Source: Octopus sinensis
Taxonomy: Eukaryota
Direction: 5' to 3'
Assembly: GCF_006345805.1 (NCBI RefSeq)
Contig: NC_043014.1
Location: 22,940,001-23,004,000 of the forward strand
Length of the DNA: 64,000 bases
Shown here: positions 60,250-64,000 of the stretch, in pieces
Position numbering within the stretch: the first letter of the stretch is position 1
How the letters are laid out: each line of letters begins with the position of its first letter
Translations under genes and position numbers: made by a program
Notes under the pieces: model-generated
Databases searched by the model: none
What the model was told of the DNA's origin: nothing
The model's input: only the letters and a program-made list of their open reading frames with translations

Positions 60250-62423
60250 TCAAGTTATAGTGAGGCTACCCAAGTTTATCTTTCTATCACTATAGAAGCA
60301 GTTTAATTTTCTATTATTAAAGGAGGAAATAATGGTGGCTAAATTATGAGTAAGGCTGTATCCTATTCTGATAGTTTTGTTGTTAATTATTTTACAATAT
60401 TTATTCTTACCCTTCTCAAAATGCTTGTACAATAAACTATGGATCATTCTAACTATATCTGTTTTAATTTGCATGGCATATGGGATTATCAACCATAGTG
60501 CATCATTATCACTATGTGGGTTACCTATCAAATTCTTATTATTAACAAAAACTCTATTCCTCTTCCAACCCCTATACTTTCTATAATTAATATTACCAAA
60601 ATTATGACTAAAATCATTATTGTAATTGGTATTGTTATTATGGTGTAAATAAGTTTTTCCATTATCGTAGATAATATCATTATTATTATTCATATTATTA
60701 TTCATATTATTAATATTAATGTAATGTGCTAAGTTATTTAAATTAAGATCAACAGCTCCATTAATACCATTACTAATATTATTGCCATACACAATTTTAT
60801 ATATCCTATTGTTCTTTACCCTAAAGTTGTTATTATCCACTCGAAACTCGTTTGTGTTTGTAGTAGTAGATCCACTTTGATTCAAAAGGTTATTATTAGG
60901 TATATGCTTAATTTTACCCGTATAACCTGCCTTATGTAATGCAGTGTTATATCTTTCACTATGCCTATTAAATATGGCAAAGGATAGATAAGAGATTCGC
61001 TGACTAATAGTGATCTTTTAATTTGAGGGGAGTGATTGCTAGAGTAGTTTATATATACTAAATTAGGTTTAATATAAGGTTCGTGTATCCCATTAGTAAG
61101 GTTGCAATTAACATCTAAATAATTGACAGAGTAATTTTCATTTTCAATAATTACAGATAAACCAAAACTCTTAAAAAATTTATGCAGTCGTTTTTTCAGT
61201 AAATCTAGCCTTCTATTAGATGTATTCTTAACTAGAAACAAAGTGTCGTGTCTATATAGGCCACCCTTTAATTCAAGGAATTCTCTGTTTAAATTATCTA
61301 GTAAATACATCCCTACTAAATCCGTCACTTCCGCTGAATCCGGCGATCCCATGGTGATGTCAAATAAATTAGGTGCGTCTTTTCTAGCCCATAATTTGTT
61401 ATCAAATTCTATTAAAGTTTTTCTAGCTGTTAAGATAACCTTTATTTCCCTCATTCTTAAGTTAGTGTGTCTCCTAGCAAAAATTAAAGCCTTATTTAAT
61501 ATAATAGGGTTAATAGAGGAGTAATAGTTTTGTATATCCAGTTGGATAAATTTATTGTTACTATTATTACTAACCTTAATGCTAGAGAACCAATCTAATG
61601 TACCCTGTGTATTTTTCCAAAGACTAAGCTTAATTTTGTTACGTATAGTTGGTAAGTATTTGTCAAGGATAAGTTTGCTTAATTTACCTAAGTCAGACTT
61701 GGTAGGGCAAATCAATCTAACCTGTGTATTACCAAGGAAATTTTTCTTGTGGTCCTTAAGTGTAATTCTCGGTCTGATGGGGGTATAGGGTTCAGTTTTG
61801 TCTTCAAGATAGTAATCAAACATAATTTCTCTAGCCTCTAAATTTAGTTCTCTGAGTGTATTAAAAGGTACAATCTTATACTTCTTCGTAATTTCTTTAT
61901 GCAATAATTCATGGTATGTAAGAATGTCAATATTGTAAATGTTACTAGTTTTGTCAGAATGGGTTAATATACCATTCTTACCCTTAAGAGTTCTTATTAA
62001 TTCTTTTAATTTTCTTTGGTACAGATTGTTCCTCAATGGGTGATTTTTAAATTTAATATTTCTGATGGTGTCCCATAATTCTTGCTCAAAGTTGTTCAGA
62101 TGTTTATTTGGTGGTGGAGATTTCCTAGATTTGAATGTATTTCCATTCAGCACGGATGCAGCACGGATTTTTGTCCGTGAACAGGTCGCAAATGTATTTC
62201 CAGTTAGTTTAATTGCTTTTTCATAGCTACTTCTTGTTCCATTGCGGTTGATGTCAATACTTCCTTCTTGATTCACTTTTCTAATACTGTTTTCATGGTG
62301 GAAAACCTTCCATCTAATCCTGCGAATAAACTCGTTAATTCTATAAATTAGCTCTTTGGTGTAGTGGTCCTTAGTAGGAATGGGTACATCTTTCATTGAT
62401 GAATTGATCAGTATCTTCTCCAT
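60250..62423 (-). pseudogene. Naiad-type reverse transcriptase ORF (one frameshift near 61005, YRHD in place of YRDD)
   Basis: MEKILINSSMKDVPIP..RRIRWK, DKTSNIY, ITLKDHKKNF..VRLICP, LDIQNYYSSI, MGSPDSAE, YRHD (His codon 61248-61250), NYLDV, LWLIIPY..KTDI..KHF...NNKTIRIGYS. Confidence 0.9.
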
Positions 62424-63138
62424 TTTACTAGCAGTAATTATCCTGTAGGATTAATGCACTATACTTGGATGTATTCACTTATACCATCAATACTTAAAGT
62501 ATTGAGCGGATATTTCATGTACACAAGTATTAGCAATTCAAATTCCTCAGAAAGTTAACTTAAAATTACAAAGTGAGATAGGGGTTGTGAGTGTAACCCT
62601 CTATGGGATAACATATATCCAATATACTGCCAGTAAAGCACCCAGAAATGCTAAGAATTGCAATGCAATTAATTCATTTATTGTATTATATGGGCGAAGG
62701 TAAAATGTTTTACCTCAAATTCATAATACAAAATAAGAAAATGGAGGAATACACTTTAATCAATCATCAACTACCAGATAATACCAATTCACATAATTTA
62801 TTAACCAACTACATAGGAACATCTAGATCAAACACAATAATACAGGACAAAACAGTACACATCAATGAGTAATATGATACCATAAGTACAATACGTATAA
62901 ATAAATATAAATAAATATAAATATAAACTAGATCTTACAGCTGTTTCAGCCATGTAGATAAGAGTATGTCATTATGCTCATATTAGCCAGGTATGTTAAG
63001 GTAATATGTGGTTACCTGTATATATATGGTTTATGTATGTATACCTGTAATTCTATCTGTATGTATGTCTGCGTATGTTTATATGTATATTCATGCTTTT
63101 ATGGGTGAATTTGCGTTTGTGTATATATGTGTATGCAG

Positions 63139-63173
<35 letters not shown>

Positions 63174-64000
63174 CATATATATATTGGTGCAGTTTTCCCA
63201 TACCTATACATATTTATTGATGGTGTGTTTGTGAGTGTACATATGGATGTGTATTCATTTTTCTTATGCAGTATATTTGTATGTAGGAGGATATATACGT
63301 ATGTCTATTCTTTTAGGGTACATTTAGGTACGTCAGTGTATGTATACCTGTATATATATATATTAAATTTAGATTTATAGGTGTATATCTGTTACTTGTA
63401 TGTATATTTATGTGTAGGTTTTTAGGTATAAAAGTACATATGTATGAGTCTTTGTACAAATGTTATTGTCGGTGTATACCTAAAATTAAAATAAGCATAC
63501 ATACACTGATAGATATAGATTACGTAATTTTTGATGGGTTGTGTTTCGTGTTTGGGGGTACATGGTTGTGGTGGTAAATGACTCCGGTTTTTTATTAATT
63601 GGTAGCCTTATATTTGTTTTGTATATGGATGTGTGGTTTGCTAGGATAAGGTTTATACAGAATTGTGGTTTGAGCAAGCTCATACTCGTAGGTGTTGATA
63701 TCTGGACGGTTTAGTAGTGTTTTGGTTTTTTACGGTATAATCAGTGTAATTTTTAATTTATGTATCTTCCGCAAATAACGTACTTTTTCTTTACCCTAGT
63801 TATTGTAAATGTGTGTGTTGAGTTTATATCCCTCTTGTAAACTTTATCTGAATATTTTCCAACCTTTGCCTAATATTAATCCTTACGTTTTCTACCCTTT
63901 TAGGTCCCTCTTTTTTGCACATTATGAATTACCCTTCCAACCCTTTTCGATGTATTAACAATTAGTATTATCTTAATTTTAATGATTCTAAATATTATTT

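Larger units (their letters stand above)
58255..63014 (-). mobile_element. Naiad-type Penelope-like element with direct pLTRs (58255-58723 and 62570-63014)
   Basis: About 450-bp direct repeats flank an RT ORF with a Naiad-like N terminus; HHR in the pLTR. Confidence 0.88.

Noticed and set aside
60014-60255. Selenocysteine read-through of the TGA at 60250-60252 (some Naiads encode selenoproteins)
   Set aside because: The TGA is not at a conserved Cys position, read-through gives only about 10 residues, and no SECIS was recognised.

Overview
AT-rich animal DNA made almost entirely of microsatellites and transposon debris. The repeat families point to an octopus (inference from tRNA-Arg-like SINE heads, an RTE LINE with a (GAT)n tail and abundant Penelope-like elements). 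I find no supportable host protein-coding gene; nearly all listed ORFs are microsatellite read-throughs or transposon fragments. Contents: two mariner copies (DD34D after frameshift repair), a Tc1, a Tc2/pogo-type MITE, a decayed hAT transposase, Helitron-like elements, several LINE families (three RTE families, a CR1-group element, R4/Dong-like and RLE-type relics), tRNA-derived SINEs, a near full-length U6 copy and many Penelope-like element (PLE) pieces of Neptune and Naiad type. The most interesting layer is RNA structure. By eye I find about ten minimal type I hammerhead ribozyme (HHR) motifs from different PLE families. They include a U3-A8 covariant core, one with a stem II of about 100 nt, a 33-nt dimer-only form and several inactivated copies. 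Several sit inside fold-back elements made of inverted PLE termini. Also notable: a Naiad-type PLE with pLTRs, RT and HHR but no visible GIY-YIG endonuclease; a SINE and LINE sharing a 3' tail with a covarying hairpin; and a PHD-type finger inserted inside the RTE reverse transcriptase. All structures were read manually; no folding or database search was run, and repeat boundaries are approximate.
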